Shown here: positions 23,658 through 36,292 of the stretch, one piece after another
Layout: each line of letters starts with the position of its first letter
Position numbering within the stretch: the first letter of the stretch is position 1
Origin: Mobula hypostoma
Taxonomy: Eukaryota
DNA length: 64,000 bases
Reading direction: 5' to 3'
Assembly (NCBI RefSeq): GCF_963921235.1
Contig: NC_086097.1
Location: forward strand, 116,686,001 to 116,750,000
Position numbers and translations under genes: made by a program
The notes under the pieces: model-generated
Database searches by the model: none
What the model was told of the DNA's origin: nothing
The model's input: only the letters and a program-made list of their open reading frames with translations

Positions 23658-24189
23658 TTGTGTATTTTGTTGACTTTCCTTTGCATTACCTCAAGTGAAT
23701 ATTTGGAATGATCTGTTTTGATAGTATGAAAAGCCAAGTTTTTAATTGTATCTCAGCACATGTGTCAATGATAGGCTAATTACCAATTACAAATTAATTA
23801 CTAATTCCTGGAAGTGTCAGTGGGATTAACAATAAATTAACTTGCAGAAAATGAAATAACTTGCAGGTTGTGAAAATCTCAAATAAATAGAAAGGCCAAA
23901 AATAAGCATTATGAGCAAAATCAATTTAATTTTATAATTTTCATTCTTGTTTTGAAATGTTATCCATTTCTCCCAAGGATGTAATGTTGAAACTTTATAA
24001 AGCAGTGGTGAAGCCTCTCCTGGGGTATCGTGAGCAGTTTTATGCCCCTTAAGGATGCGCTGAAACTGGAGAGGGTTCAAATGAGGTTCACGAAAATTAT
24101 TCCAGGATTAAATGGCTTGTCTTATGAAGGCTGTTTGATGGCTCTGGGCCTGTATTCACTGGAATTCAGAAGAATGAGGGTGACCTGAA

Positions 24190-24818
24190 TAATAAGTTTA
24201 CTGTTCTGGAAACTGTTGGCGGGGACGACTGACTAGGTGTGAGCCACGGTGGCAGGGCCTCCGGAACTGAGTCTGACCCTGTGGTGCAGAAGGGTGAGAC
24301 GGAGAAGAGGAGAGCTGTCGTCATTGGATACTCTATAGTCAGGAACAGACAGGAGATTTTGTGGACGTGAGAAGGACACCCGCATGGTTTGTTGCCTCCT
24401 GGGTACCAGGATCCGAGATGTCTCTGACCGGGTGCACGACATCCTGGTACGAAAGGGAAAGCAACCAGAAGTCGTGATACATGTTGGGACCAACGACATA
24501 GGCAGGAAGAGGGATGAGGTCCTGAAGTGTGAGTTTCGGGAACTAGGCAGAAGGCTGAAGAACAGGAACTCAAGGGTGGCCTTCTCAGGATTGCTGCCAG
24601 TGCTACGTGACAGTTATGGTAAGAATTGGAGAAGATGGCAGTTGAATGCGTGGCTGAGGAGTTGGTGCAGGGAGCAGGGTTTTAGATTTTTAGATCATTG
24701 GGATCTCTTCTGGGGAAGGTGGGATCTGTACAGATTGGATGGGTTGCACATGAACTCGAGGGGGAGCAATATCCTTGCAGGTAGGTTTGCCAGCATGGTT
24801 TGGGAGGGTTTAAACTAA
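24190..24818 (+). pseudogene. CR1 B ORF1 SGNH esterase domain (5'-truncated)
   Basis: Motifs VIGYSIVR, VIHVGTND, FSGLLP and DGLHMN. Confidence 0.85.
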
Positions 24819-25081
24819 TTTGCGAGGGGGATGGGACCCAGAGCGATAGAGCAGTGAAAGAAGTGCATGGAGTAAAGCCAGATCTAACATACAGAGAGGC
24901 TTTGAGGAAAGAGAAGCAGAATAAATGGTGTAAAGATAGTAAGGTAGAAGGGCTGAAATGTGTGTACCTCAATGCAAGAAGCATCAGGAACAAAGGTGAT
25001 GAACTGAGAGCTTGGATACATACATGGAATTATGATGTAGTGGCCATTACAGAGACTTGGCTGGTACTAGGGCAGGAATGG

Positions 25082-28000
25082 CATAGGTAGGAAAAGGGAT
25101 GAGGTCCTGAAAGGAGAATATAGGGAGCTAGGAAGGGAGTTGAGAAAAAGGACCGCATCTCGGGATTACTGCCTGTGCCACGCGACAGTTGGAGTAGGAA
25201 TGCGATGAGGTGGAGGATAAATGCGTGGCTGAGGGATTGGAGCAGGGGGCAGGGATTCAAGTTTTTGGATCATTGGGACCTCTTTTGGCGCAGGCGTGAC
25301 CTGTACAAAAAGGATGGGTTACACTTGAATCCTAGGGGGACCAATATCCTGGCAGGGAGATTAGCGGGGGCTACTGAGGTGACTTTAAACTAGAATAGTT
25401 GGGGGGTGGGAATCAAATTAAAGAGGCTGGGCGTGAGGAGGTTAGTTCACAACAGGGGGATGGGAACCAGTGCAGAGAGACAGAGGGGTGTAAAGTGAGG
25501 GTAGAAGCAAAAAGTACTGAAGAGAAGAGTAAAAGTGGCAGGCCGACAAATCCAGGGCAAGCATTAAAAAGGGCCGCTTTTCAACATAATTGTATAAGGG
25601 CTAAGAGAGTTGTAAAAGAGCGCCTGAAGGCTTTGTGTGTCAATGCAAGGAGCATTCGTAATAAGGTGGATGAATTGAAAGTGCAGATTGTTATTAATGA
25701 TTATGATATAGTTGGGATCACAGAGACATGGCTCCAGGGTGACGAAGGATGGGAGCTCAACGTTCAGGGATATTCAATATTCAGGAGGGATAGACATGAA
25801 GAAAGGGGAGGTGGGGTGGCGTTGCTGGTTAAAGAAAAGATTAACACAATAGAAAGGAAGGACATAAGCCGGGAAGATGTGGAATCGATATGGGTAGAAC
25901 TGCGTAACACTAAGGGGCAGAAGACGCTGGTGGGAGTTGTGTACAGGCCACCTAACAGTAGTAGTGAGGTCGGAGATGGTATTAAACAGGAAATTAGAAA
26001 TGTGTGCAATAAAGGAACAGCAGTTATAATGGGTGACTTCAATCTACATGTAGATTGAGTGAACCAAATTGGTAAAGGTGCTGAGGAAGAGGATTTCTTG
26101 GAATGTATGCGGGATGGTTTTTTGAACCAACATGTCGAGGAACCAACTAGAGAGCAAGCTATTCTGGACTGGGTTTTCAGCAATGAGGAAGGGTTAATTA
26201 GCAATCTTGTCGTGAGAGGCCCCTTGGGTAAGAGTGACCATAATATGGTGGAATTCTTCATTAAGATGGAGAGTGACATAGTTAATTCAGAAACAAAGGT
26301 TCTGAACTTAAAGAGGGGTAACTTTGAAGGTATGAGACGTGAATTAGCTAAGATAGACTGGCAAATGACACTTAAAGGATTGACGGTGGATATGCAATGG
26401 CAAGCATTTAAAGGTTGCATGGATGAACTACAACAATTGTTCATCCCAGTTTGGCAAAAGAATAAATCAAGGAAGGTAGTGCACCCGTGGCTGACAAGAG
26501 AAATTAGGGATAGTATCAATTCCAAAGAAGAAGCATACAAATTAGCCAGAGAAAGTGGCTCACCTGAGGATTGGGAGAAATTCAGAGATCAGCAGAGGAG
26601 GACAAAGGGCTTAATTAGGAAGGGGAAAAAAGATTATGAGAGAAAACTGGCAGGGAACATAAAAACTGACTGTAAAAGCTTTTATAGATATGTAAAAAGG
26701 AAAAGACTGGTAAAGACAAATGTAGGTCCCCTGCAGACAGAAACAGGTGAATTGATTATGGGGAGCAAGGACATGGCAGACCAATTGAATAATTACTTTG
26801 GTTCTGTCTTCACTAAGGAGGACATAAATAATCTTCCAGAAATAGTAGGGGACAGAGGGTCCAGTGAGATGGAGGAACTGAGCGAAATACATGTTAGTAG
26901 GGAAGTGGTGTTAGGTAAATTGAAGGCAGATAAATCCCTAGGGCCAGATGGTCTGCATCCTAGAGTGCTTAAGGAAGTAGCCCAAGAAATAGTGGATGCA
27001 TTAGTGATAATTTTTCAATACTCGTTAGATTCTGGACTAGTTCCTGAGGATTGGAGGGTGGCTAATGTAACTCCACTTTTTAAAAAAGGAGGGAGAGAGA
27101 AACCGGGGAATTATAGACCGGTTAGCCTAACGTCGGTGGTGGGGAAACTGCTGGAGTCAGTTATCAAAGATGTGATAACAGCACATTTGGAAAGCGGTGA
27201 AATGATCGGACAAAGTCAGCATGGATTTGTGAAAGGAAAATCATGTCTGACGAATCTCATAGAATTTTTTGAGGATGTAACTAGTAGAGTGGATAGGGGA
27301 GAACCAGTGGATGTGGTATATTTGGATTTTCAAAAGGCTTTTGACAAGGTCCCACACAGGAGATTAGTGTGCAAACTTAAAGCACACGGTATTGGGGGTA
27401 AGGTATTGATGTGGATGGAGAATTGGTTAGCAGACAGGAAGCAAAGAGTGGGAATAAACGGGACCTTTTCAGAATGGCAGGCGGTGACTAGTGGGGTACC
27501 GCAAGGCTCAGTGCTGGGACCCCAGTTGTTTACAATATATATTAATGACTTGGATGAGGGAATTAAATGCAGCATCTCCAAGTTTGCGGATGACACGAAG
27601 CTGGGTGGCAGTGTTAGCTGTGAGGAGGATGCTAAGAGGATGCAGAGTGACTTGGATAAGTTGGGTGAGTGGGCAAACTCATGGCAGATGCAATTTAATG
27701 TGGATAAATGTGAAGTTATCCACTTTGGTGGCAAAAGTGGGAAAACAGATTATTATCTGAGCGGTGGCCGATTAGGAAAAGGGGAGGTGCAACGAGACCT
27801 GGGTGTCATTATACACCAGTCATTGAAAGTGGGCATGCAGGTACAGCAGGCGGTGAAAAAGGCGAATGATATGCTGGCATTTATAGCGAGAGGGTTCGAG
27901 TACAGGAGCAGGGAGGTACTACTGCAGTTGTACAAGGCCTTGGTGAGACCACACCTGGAGTATTGTGTGCAGTTTTGGTCCCCTAATCTGTGGAAAGATA

Positions 28001-28520
28001 ACCTTGCCATAGAGGGAGTACAAAGAAGGTTCACCAGATTGATTCCTGGGATGGCAGGACTTTCATATGAAGAAAGACTGGATGAATTGGGCTTGTACTC
28101 GTTGGGATTTAGAAGATTGAGGGGGGATCTGATTGAAACGTATAAAATCCTAAAGGGATTTGACAGGCTAGATGCAGGAAGATTGTTCCCGATATTGGGG
28201 AAGTCCAGAACAAGGGGTCACAGTTTGAGGATAAAGGGGAAGCCTTTTAGGACCGAGATTAGGAAAAACTTCTTCACACAGAGAGTGGTGAATCTGTGGA
28301 ATTCTCTGCCACAGGAAACAGTTGAGGCCAGTTCATTGGATATATTTAAGAGGGAGTTAGATATGGCCCTTGTGGCTACGGGGATCAGGGGGTATGGAGG
28401 GAAGGCTGGGGCGGGGTTCTGAGTTGGATGATCAGCCATGATCATAATAAATGGCGGTGCAGGCTCGAAGGGCCGAATGGCCTACTCCTGCACCTATTTT
28501 CTATGTTTCTATGTTTCTAT
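25082..28520 (+). mobile_element. Young CR1-clade LINE C, 5'-truncated within ORF1
   Basis: Starts in esterase sequence (IGRKRDEVLK). Near-intact ORF2. (TTTCTATG)n tail at 28498-28520. Confidence 0.92.
25399..28422 (+). pseudogene. CR1 C ORF2 (endonuclease and reverse transcriptase) with a single premature stop
   Basis: ORFs 25399..26058 and 26059..28422 are in frame and separated only by TGA at 26056-58 (expected Trp). Motifs NARS, ITETWL, GDFN, SDH, DFQKAFD, SGVPQGS and FADD. Confidence 0.92.
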
Positions 28521-30957
28521 TCTACAGGCCCCCTGGTAGCAGCAGAGATACAGAGGAGCAGATTAGGAGGAAGATTTTGGAAAGGTGCAAAAATAACAGG
28601 GTTGTTATCATGGGTGACTTTAACTTCCCTAATATTGATTGGCACCTGATTACTTCCAAGGGTCCAGATGGGGCAGAGTTTGTTAAGTGTGTCCAGGATG
28701 GATTCCTGTCACAGTATGTGGATAGGCCGATCAGGGGGAATGCCATACTAGATGTAGTACTAGGTAATGAACCAGGTCAGTTCACAGATCTCTCAGTGGG
28801 TGAGCATCTGGGGGACAATGACCACTGCTCCCTGGCCTTTAGCATTATCATAGAAAAGGATGGAATCAGAGAGGACAGGAAAATTTTTAATTGGAGAAAG
28901 GCAAATTATGAGGCGATAAGGCTAGAACTTGTGGGTGTGAATTGGGATGATGTTTTTGCAGGGAAATGTACTATAGACATGTGGTCGATGTTTAGAGATC
29001 TCTTGCAGGATGTTAGGGATAAATTGGTCCCGTTGAGGAAGATAAAGAAAGGTAGGGTGAAGGAACCATGGGTGACAAGTGAGGTGGAAAATCTAGTTAG
29101 GTGGAAGAAGGCAGCATACATGAGGTTTAGGAAGCAAGGATCAGATGGGTCTATTGAGGAATATAGGGAAGCAAGAAAGGAGCTTAAGAAGGGGCTGAGA
29201 AGAGCAAGAAGGGGGCATGAGAAGGCCTTGGTGAGTAGGGTAAAGGAAAACCCCAAGGCATTCTTCAATTATGTGAAGGAAAAAAGGAGGACAGGAGTGA
29301 AGGTAGGACTGATTAGTGATAAAGGTGGGAAGATGTGCCTGGAGGCTGTGGAAGTGAGCGAGGTCCTCAATGAATACTTCTCTTCGGTATTCACCAGTGA
29401 GAGAGAACTTGATGATGGTGAGGACAATATGAGTGAGGTTGATGTTCTGGAGCATGTTGATATTAAGGGAGAGGAGGTGTTGGAGTTGTTAAAATACATT
29501 AGGACAGATCAGTCCCTGGGGCCTGACGGAATATTCCCCAGGCTGCTCCACGAGGCGAGAGAAGAGATTGCTGAGCCTCTGGCTAGGATCTTTATGTCCT
29601 CGTTGTCCACGGGAATGGTACCGGAGGACTGGAGGGAGGCGAATGTTGTCCCCTTGTTCAAAATAGGTAGTAGGGATAGTCTGGGTAATTATAGACCAGT
29701 GAGCCTTACGTCTGTGGTGGGAAAGCTGTTGGAAAAGATTCTTAGAGATAGGACCTATAGGCATTTAGAGAATCATGGTCTGATCAGGGACAGTCAGCAC
29801 GGTTTTGTGAAGGGCAGATCGTGTCTAACAGGCCTGATAGTGTTCTTTGAGGAGGTGTCCAGGCATATAGATGAGGGCAGTGCAGTGGATGTGATCTATA
29901 TGGATTTTAGTAAGGCATTTGACAAGGTTCCACACGGTAGGCTTATTCAGAAAGTCAGAAGGCATGGGATCCAGGGAAGTTTGGCCAGGTGGATTCAGAA
30001 TTGGTTTGCCTGCAGAAGGCAGAGGGTGGTGGTGGAGGGAGTACATTCAGATTGGAGGATTGTGACTAGTGGTGTCCCACAAGGATCTGTTCTGGGATCT
30101 CAACTTCTCATGATTTTTATTAACAACCTGGATGTTGGGGTAGAAGGGTGGGTTGGCAAGTTTGCAGACAACACAAAGGTTGGTGGTGTTGTAGATAGTG
30201 TAGAGGTTTGTCAAAAATTGCAGAGAGACATTGATAGGATGCAGAAGTGGGCCACGAGGTGGTACACTTTGGAAGGACAAACTCCAAGGCAGAGTACAAA
30301 GTAAATGGCAGGATACTTGGTAGTGTGGAGGAGCAGAGGGATCTCGGGGTATGTGTCCACAGATCCCTGAAAGTTGCCTCACAGGTGGATAGAGTAGTTA
30401 AGAAAGCTTATGGGGTGTTAGCTTTCATAAGTTGAGGGATAGAATTTAAGAGTCGCGAAGTAATGATGCAGCTCTATAAAACTCTGGTTAGGCCACACTT
30501 GGAGTACGGTGTCCATTTCTGGTCACCTCACTATAGGAAGCATGTGGAAGCATTGGAAAGGGTACAGAGCAGACTTACCAGGATGCTGCCTGGTTTAGAA
30601 AGTATGCATTATGATCATAGATTAAGGGAGCTAGGGCTTTACTCTTTGGAGAGAAGGAGGATGAGAGGGGACATGATAGAGGTGTACAAGATAATAAGAG
30701 GAATAGATAGAGTGGATAACCAGCACCTGTTCCCCAGGGCACCACTGCTTAATACAAGAGGACATGGCTTTAAGGTAAGGGGTGGGAAGTTCAAGGGGGA
30801 TACTAGAGGAAGGTTTTTCACTCAGAGAGTGGTTGGTGCGTGGAATGTACTGCCTGAGTCAGTGGTGGAGGCAGATACACTCGTGAAGTTTAAGAGACTA
30901 CTAGACAGGTATTTGGAGGATTTTAAGGTGGGGGCTTATATGGGAGGCAGCGTTTGA
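28521..30957 (+). pseudogene. CR1 B ORF2 distal part (EN C-half and RT)
   Basis: Motifs GDFNFP, DFSKAFD, SGVPQGS and FADN (catalytic D mutated). Frameshifting deletion near 30252 and a stop at 30433-35. Confidence 0.9.
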
Positions 30958-31204
30958 GGGTCGACACAACATTGTGGGCCGAAGGGCCTGTACTGTGCTG
31001 TACTATTCTATGTCTACATTACCTCATTGAAACCTATTGAATGGTGAAAGGATGTGGATGTGGAGAGGATGTATCCAATGAGCCTGCTATGACTTTAATC
31101 TCCAAGTATTAGTACAAATGCCTTTGAAATGTTGTAATTGTATCTGCCTCTCTCACCTCCTCTGGCATCTCTTCTGGAGAATCTCCATTCTCTGTTTTCC
31201 ATAT

Positions 31205-31345
31205 GACTCCATGTGTCTCTTCTCAGTGCTCCAGGTTACTCCCACATTCTAAAGAGGTAGGGTTAGGGTTAGTAACTTGTGGGCATGCCATGTTTGTGCT
31301 GGAAACATGGTGACTCTTCCAGACTATTTCGGCACATCCAACGTG
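31205..31345 (+). mobile_element. V-domain SINE fragment
   Basis: Core CAGTGCTCCAGGTTACTCCCACATTCTAAAGA. Confidence 0.5.
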
Positions 31346-31429
31346 CCTCAGATCTATTGTGCGCCTGTACCAGTCTATCAAAGTAACAGTTGTGAAAAGC
31401 CTGACAGAAGTTCACATCTAATGATTTAC

Positions 31430-31712
31430 ACAGATTAGCTTTATTTGTCACATGTGCATCAATATATAGAGTGAAATGCATCATTTTAAATCCAATCAGA
31501 TCAGCGAAGACTGCACTGGGCAGACCATAAGTGTCGCCATATTTTCTTCGAAAAACATAGCATGTCCACAACTTAACCATATGTTCTTTGGAGCATGGGA
31601 GGAGACCTGCGTGGTCACATACAAACTCCTGACAGGCAACAGCAGGAATTGACCCCCAATCTTACAGCTTGCTGTTGTAAAGCACTGCGCTAGGTGCTAC
31701 GCTATTGTACTG
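31430..31712 (-). mobile_element. V-domain SINE fragment
   Basis: Similar to 50160-50400 and 61615-61860 (TGGGAGGA...GTGGTCACA...ACAAACTCCT). Confidence 0.5.
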
Positions 31713-31989
31713 CTACCAAACAAACTTGCAGCAGATGGAGCACAGGGCTCAGTAAAGCAGTTTCCCAGCCTATGTCGGGTCTCACTGGTGTAGAGGAGCC
31801 GCATCTGTGGAGGGAAGTAGCTCTCCTCCAATATTCTGTTATCTTAACCTGTAGTTAACCAAAATGCAGAAAACCCCATCAGAGCCCCAGCTGTCTCCTT
31901 TACCATCCAGTGGTAGATCCCACCCCATTGTGTGTATTTATCCACCTAATGAAGATGCAGAAATCTCCATCAGAGCCCCAGCAACCTCT

Positions 31990-32480
31990 GCCATTTTCTC
32001 TAAGTTCACTGACTCCCCCAGTTACCTTGATAATACCTTCTTCCACTGCCCTTGTGAGAATGCTACCTTTTGCCTCTCTTTCTTCACTCTAACACATTTG
32101 TTCTCAATATGAAGCCCCCTGAAAACATGGCTTCCCCCTTCTGCCATTGTTTATTGAGCCTTTTCACGCATTTCCTGCAAGACTGATTCCACAATCTCTC
32201 TCCATAGACAGAACTGAAATGGAGATCCCCTAGACTTCACTTCTCATCCCAACTAGCTTCCACATTATGCTCTTCCATTTCCATCACCCCAGCATCCGTC
32301 ACACTTTCTCCTATCTGACGCCATGCCCATTTTTCTCTTGCAACCTCTAGTCAGTGCACCCGATCTCTGGAAATTTTCCCCTGAAACTGTTTCCCCTGTT
32401 ACGCCTGAAACAAGTCCCTTTATTGTCTCCTTCATACCAAGCAGGGACCTAAGTAGCCCTTCCAGGTGAGGAAGTGGGCC
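31990..32480 (+). mobile_element. Degraded Penelope-like element coding fragment (RT thumb and linker)
   Basis: FSKFTDSPSYLDNTFFHCPCENA resembles the Penelope motif YxKPTDSHSYLDYxSSHP..CK. Confidence 0.55.
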
Positions 32481-32619
32481 ATTTGCCCCTCTTGATTTCT
32501 TTTGGGGGGCCTTTTCAAGATGGCACTGAGCTGTAATCTCCGTCAAGATTGCGGCTCAGATTAGTGGGGTTTTATTAAGTTTGCAGGAATAGTTTTAGGT
32601 GATAGAGAAGGGAGATAGA

Positions 32620-33690
32620 ATTCAGGTTCAAAGTTTAAAGTTCAAAGTTCCAGGTAAACTTACTTTCAAAGTACATATACGTCACCATATACACTATGAG
32701 ATTCATTTTCTTGTGGGCATTCACAGTAAATACAATCGTAACACCAATTTCTGAAAAACTGCAATTTGACAAAACAATATGGACAAACATTCAATGTGTA
32801 AAAAACTGTGCAAGTACAGTGAGAAAAAAAACAAACAAAATAATAATAACAAATAAATAAACAATAAGTATTGAGAAAATGAGAAGAAGAGTCTTTGAAA
32901 GTGAGTTCAAAGGTTGTGGGAACAGTTCAGTGCTGGGGCGAGTGAAGTTGAGTGAAGTTATCTTCTCTGGTTCAAGACCCTGATGGTTGAGGTCTAATAA
33001 CTGTTACTGAACCCTGGTATTGTGGGTCCTAAGACTCCTGTACATCTGTCCTGATGGCAGCAGAGAGAAGAGAGCATGGCCTGGATGGTGGGGGCCCTTG
33101 ATGATAGACTCTGCTTTCGTGTGACAACGCTTCATGTCGATGTGCTCAATGGTGGGAAGAGCTTTATCCATGATGGACTGGGCTGTATTCACTACTTTTT
33201 GTAGGCTTTTCCGTTCAAGGGCATTTGGTGTTTCCATACCAGGCCATGATGTGTCTCCACTGCACATCTATGAATGCTTGTCAAAGTTTTGGATGACATG
33301 TCAAATCTTTACAAGTTTCTAGGGGAGCAGAAGCTCCATCATGCTTTCTTTGCAACGGCACTTACACGTTAACTCAAGACAGATCCACTGAAATTATTAT
33401 GCCGAGAAATTTCAAGTTGCTGACCCTGTCCACCACTAATCCTCTGATGAGGATTGGCTTATTAACCTCCACATTCCTCCTCCTGAAGTCAATAATCAGC
33501 TCCTCGGATTTGCTGACAATGAGACAGAGGCTGTTGTTATGGAGTCACTCAATCCAATATTCAATCTCCCTCCCACATGCTGTTTTGTCACCACCTTTGA
33601 TTCGGCCAGCAAGCATTAAAGCTTTCCTTAGCCTCACAGTCATAAGTACAAAGCTAGAAGAGCAGGGGGCTAAGCACACAGCCTTTCAGG
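32620..33690 (-). mobile_element. Rex1/Babar-like LINE 3' fragment
   Basis: ORF 33004..33267 contains HHPGHALFSLLPSGQMYRSLRT. (TTTGAAC)n tail at ~32625-32650. Confidence 0.8.
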
Positions 33691-34084
33691 AGTTGATGTG
33701 TTTCATCATCAACCTCTCAAACTACTTCATCACGGTTAGGATTTAGGGAGAGTGAAGTGGGGGAGTTAGAGATCAGGTTACAGTGTAGGGACAGGGATGC
33801 GGCGGAGTCAGAGGTCAGGCCTCCGCTCTGACCCTCGTGTTTTGCATTCAACGTCCAGGGCTGTGGACATCTGCAGTCCAGGCCTCTGTTCCACAATTGA
33901 AGGCCAGTGACCAGGAGTCACTGCACGTAGGAGACTCAGGGGCCAGTCAGTTGGCATGCCTGCAGTTCAGGGTCCTGTTGTCAGCTAGTCTGAAGGTCAG
34001 AGCTCAAAGGTCAATCGGTAGTCTGATGTTGAAACCTGGAGACTGGAGGCTGAAGGCCCATGCTGGAGATTCAGGGTTTCAGGG

Positions 34085-34085
<1 letters not shown>

Positions 34086-34139
<54 letters not shown>
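34086..34139. repeat. Compound microsatellite (TG)22(AG)5
   Basis: Directly visible. Confidence 0.97.
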
Positions 34140-35794
34140 CAAGGGCAAGAAGAGGAGCTTGTTGTCATTTTGTTGCTTGTTGTGTTTTGTGTTATTCTGC
34201 TGAACAGTGCGGCCATGTTACATTGGTGCTGGAATGTGTGGTTACACCTGCGGGCTGCCCCCCCAGCACGTCTCAATGTTGTGTTGGTTGTTAACACAAA
34301 TGACACGTGTTACTGTATATTTTGATGTACATGTGATAAATAAATCTGAATCAGAATCTAGTTTGGTGAACTCATTGCTCTTCTACATTGGTCAGGTTGG
34401 CAGTCGCTGATGCATTTACAGTCAAGTTTAGAGTCGAGTTTCAAGTTTACTTGCCACATAGATAGTGAAATATGTTCATTGCGTTAACAACTAACACAGC
34501 TGTGGGTGTGCTGGGAGAAGCCCGTAGGTGTCACGACACATTCCATGCCCACAATACTTCACAGAACGTCACAGAATACAATGAAAGGGAACACACTAGC
34601 AACAAAACAACAACAAATTAAGCCCCATTCCTCCCTTCTGCTCAGGCGCACACATAGTCCTCTATCACCGAGGCAGGCTGTCAACTTTGGCCTCGAGTCT
34701 CCAGTGTACTTGGATTCAGACTCAGATACAGACATCAACTACCCCAGTGGACTAGTATAGATTTACAGACCTGGGGCTCTGGCTAATGGGCCTCAACCTC
34801 TGGACTTCTGATTCGACTCAGACTTTGATCCTTGGCATCGATGCCAGGATCCATTGATCACCAAACACCAGACCTTAGACTCTGAGCTCGCCAATGACGG
34901 GACCCCAAACAGTACGCTTCAAACTCCAGTCTCACCGATTTTTGAACTTTGGGAATCATCGGGCCTCGTTCTCCTGCCCGTATGGAACTTCAACTTAGGA
35001 ACCCGCCAACAAATCACTGACCCGGAGGGTGCCACCATCCTTTGTCCATGTTGGCCCAGTGTGTGTATGTCTCATATCCATACTGCTGGGCTTCAAACAT
35101 GGAGTGGAGGCTTAAGACTCCAGCCTGTCCTCTAATTCTCCCAATCCCTGTCCTGAGCCTAATCTGATCCTTAACTCCCTCTCTGGCCCGCAAACCATCT
35201 CCATAAACCCCAAAAATATTTAAACTAATACACAACCTTAACAGAGGATGCAGGTAGGCACCATTTGGTCTACAATGACCAACTTGAGCTTCCAGATGCA
35301 GGCTATTTTTACTCGCCTTTCCAAATCCACACTGACCTTTCTTTCTTCAGCCTTTCTACTGCCACAGAGAGGCCGAAAACAAATTAGCAGAGCAATATCT
35401 CATACTCTGCTTGTGAGGGTTGCAGCTGAATTCTATGAACTTTGAATCTTCCAATTTCATGTAATTTCATCCCTGGTGTTCTCCTCCCACACACCCACCT
35501 GTCAACGCGGTTTTCTTATTCCTTTGTTCAAATTTCTCATCATCACTCTACCCGGCCATGTGCCACCTTTGTTTTGTCTGCCCACCATCATCTCTCCATC
35601 TGTTTCCATCTGACACCTACCAGTCTCTGCCATCCCACAACCCCACCTATTTGCATGCAGCCCCAATCTCTCCCTATTTGATTCCTGCTATCAACTTCCA
35701 GCCTTTAACCTATACTCAGCACCTCCTCACTATGCTATATGCTGGCAGCCTTCCTTTTTAACACTGTCTGGATGCAGGGTCTTGACCCAAAAGA

Positions 35795-36292
35795 CTATAA
35801 GACATAGGAGCAGGGTTAGGTCTCAATGCCCATCAAGTCAGCTCTGCCATTTCAGCTTGGCTGACTTATTATTCTTCTCAACCTTATTCTCCTGCCTTCT
35901 CCCCATAACCTTTGACACCCTGACTAACCAAGAACCCATCAGCCCCCACTTTAAATATATTCAGTGACTTGGCCTCCACAACTGTCTGTGGCAATGAATT
36001 CCACTGGTTCACCACTATCTGACTGATGAAATTCCTTCTCCTCTCTGTTCTACATGGATGTCCTTCTGTTCTGAGGCTGAGACCTCTTGTCCTAGCCATA
36101 CCACTATAGGAAACATCCTCTCCACATCCACTCTGTGTCGGCCTTTAAATGTTTCATTGCATTCAATGAAATACACCCTCATTCTTCTAAACCTAAGCAA
36201 GTACAAGCCTAGAGCCATCAAACACTCCTCATACATTAACCGTTTCATTCACGGGATCATTCTCGTAAACTTCCTCTGGACTCTCTACATTT
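35795..36292 (-). mobile_element. CR1-clade LINE 3' fragment
   Basis: Minus-strand ORFs contain VVNQWNSLPQTVVEAKSLNIFK. Tail CTATAAGACATAGG. Confidence 0.8.

Larger units (their letters stand above)
24187..31020 (+). mobile_element. CR1-clade LINE B (ORF1 esterase plus ORF2), split by CR1 C
   Basis: Esterase ORF to 24818. EN start YLNARSIRNK...ETWL to ~25081. Resumes at FYRPP (28521) and runs through RT to 30957. TTCTATG-type tail at ~31005-31016. Confidence 0.9.
23970..31080 (+). mobile_element. Old CR1 3' fragment (host A) split by a 6.8-kb nested insertion
   Basis: GAATGAGGGTGACCT (to 24186) rejoins ACCTCATTGAAACCTATTG (from 31021), matching the uninterrupted copy at ~7320-7350. ACCT is duplicated. 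Confidence 0.8.

Noticed and set aside
28451..28520. N-terminus MAVQARRAEWPTPAPIFYVSMFL of the 617-aa ORF, suggesting a novel fusion protein
   Set aside because: It is the 3' UTR and tail of CR1 C read by chance in frame with the broken ORF2 of CR1 B, whose RT also has FADN instead of FADD.
25764..30382. Long minus-strand ORFs (258, 134, 120 aa and others)
   Set aside because: Antisense shadows of CR1 ORF2 with no independent motifs.
33837..34306. ORFs with CVCVCV or HTHTHT runs
   Set aside because: They are translations of the (TG)n microsatellite.
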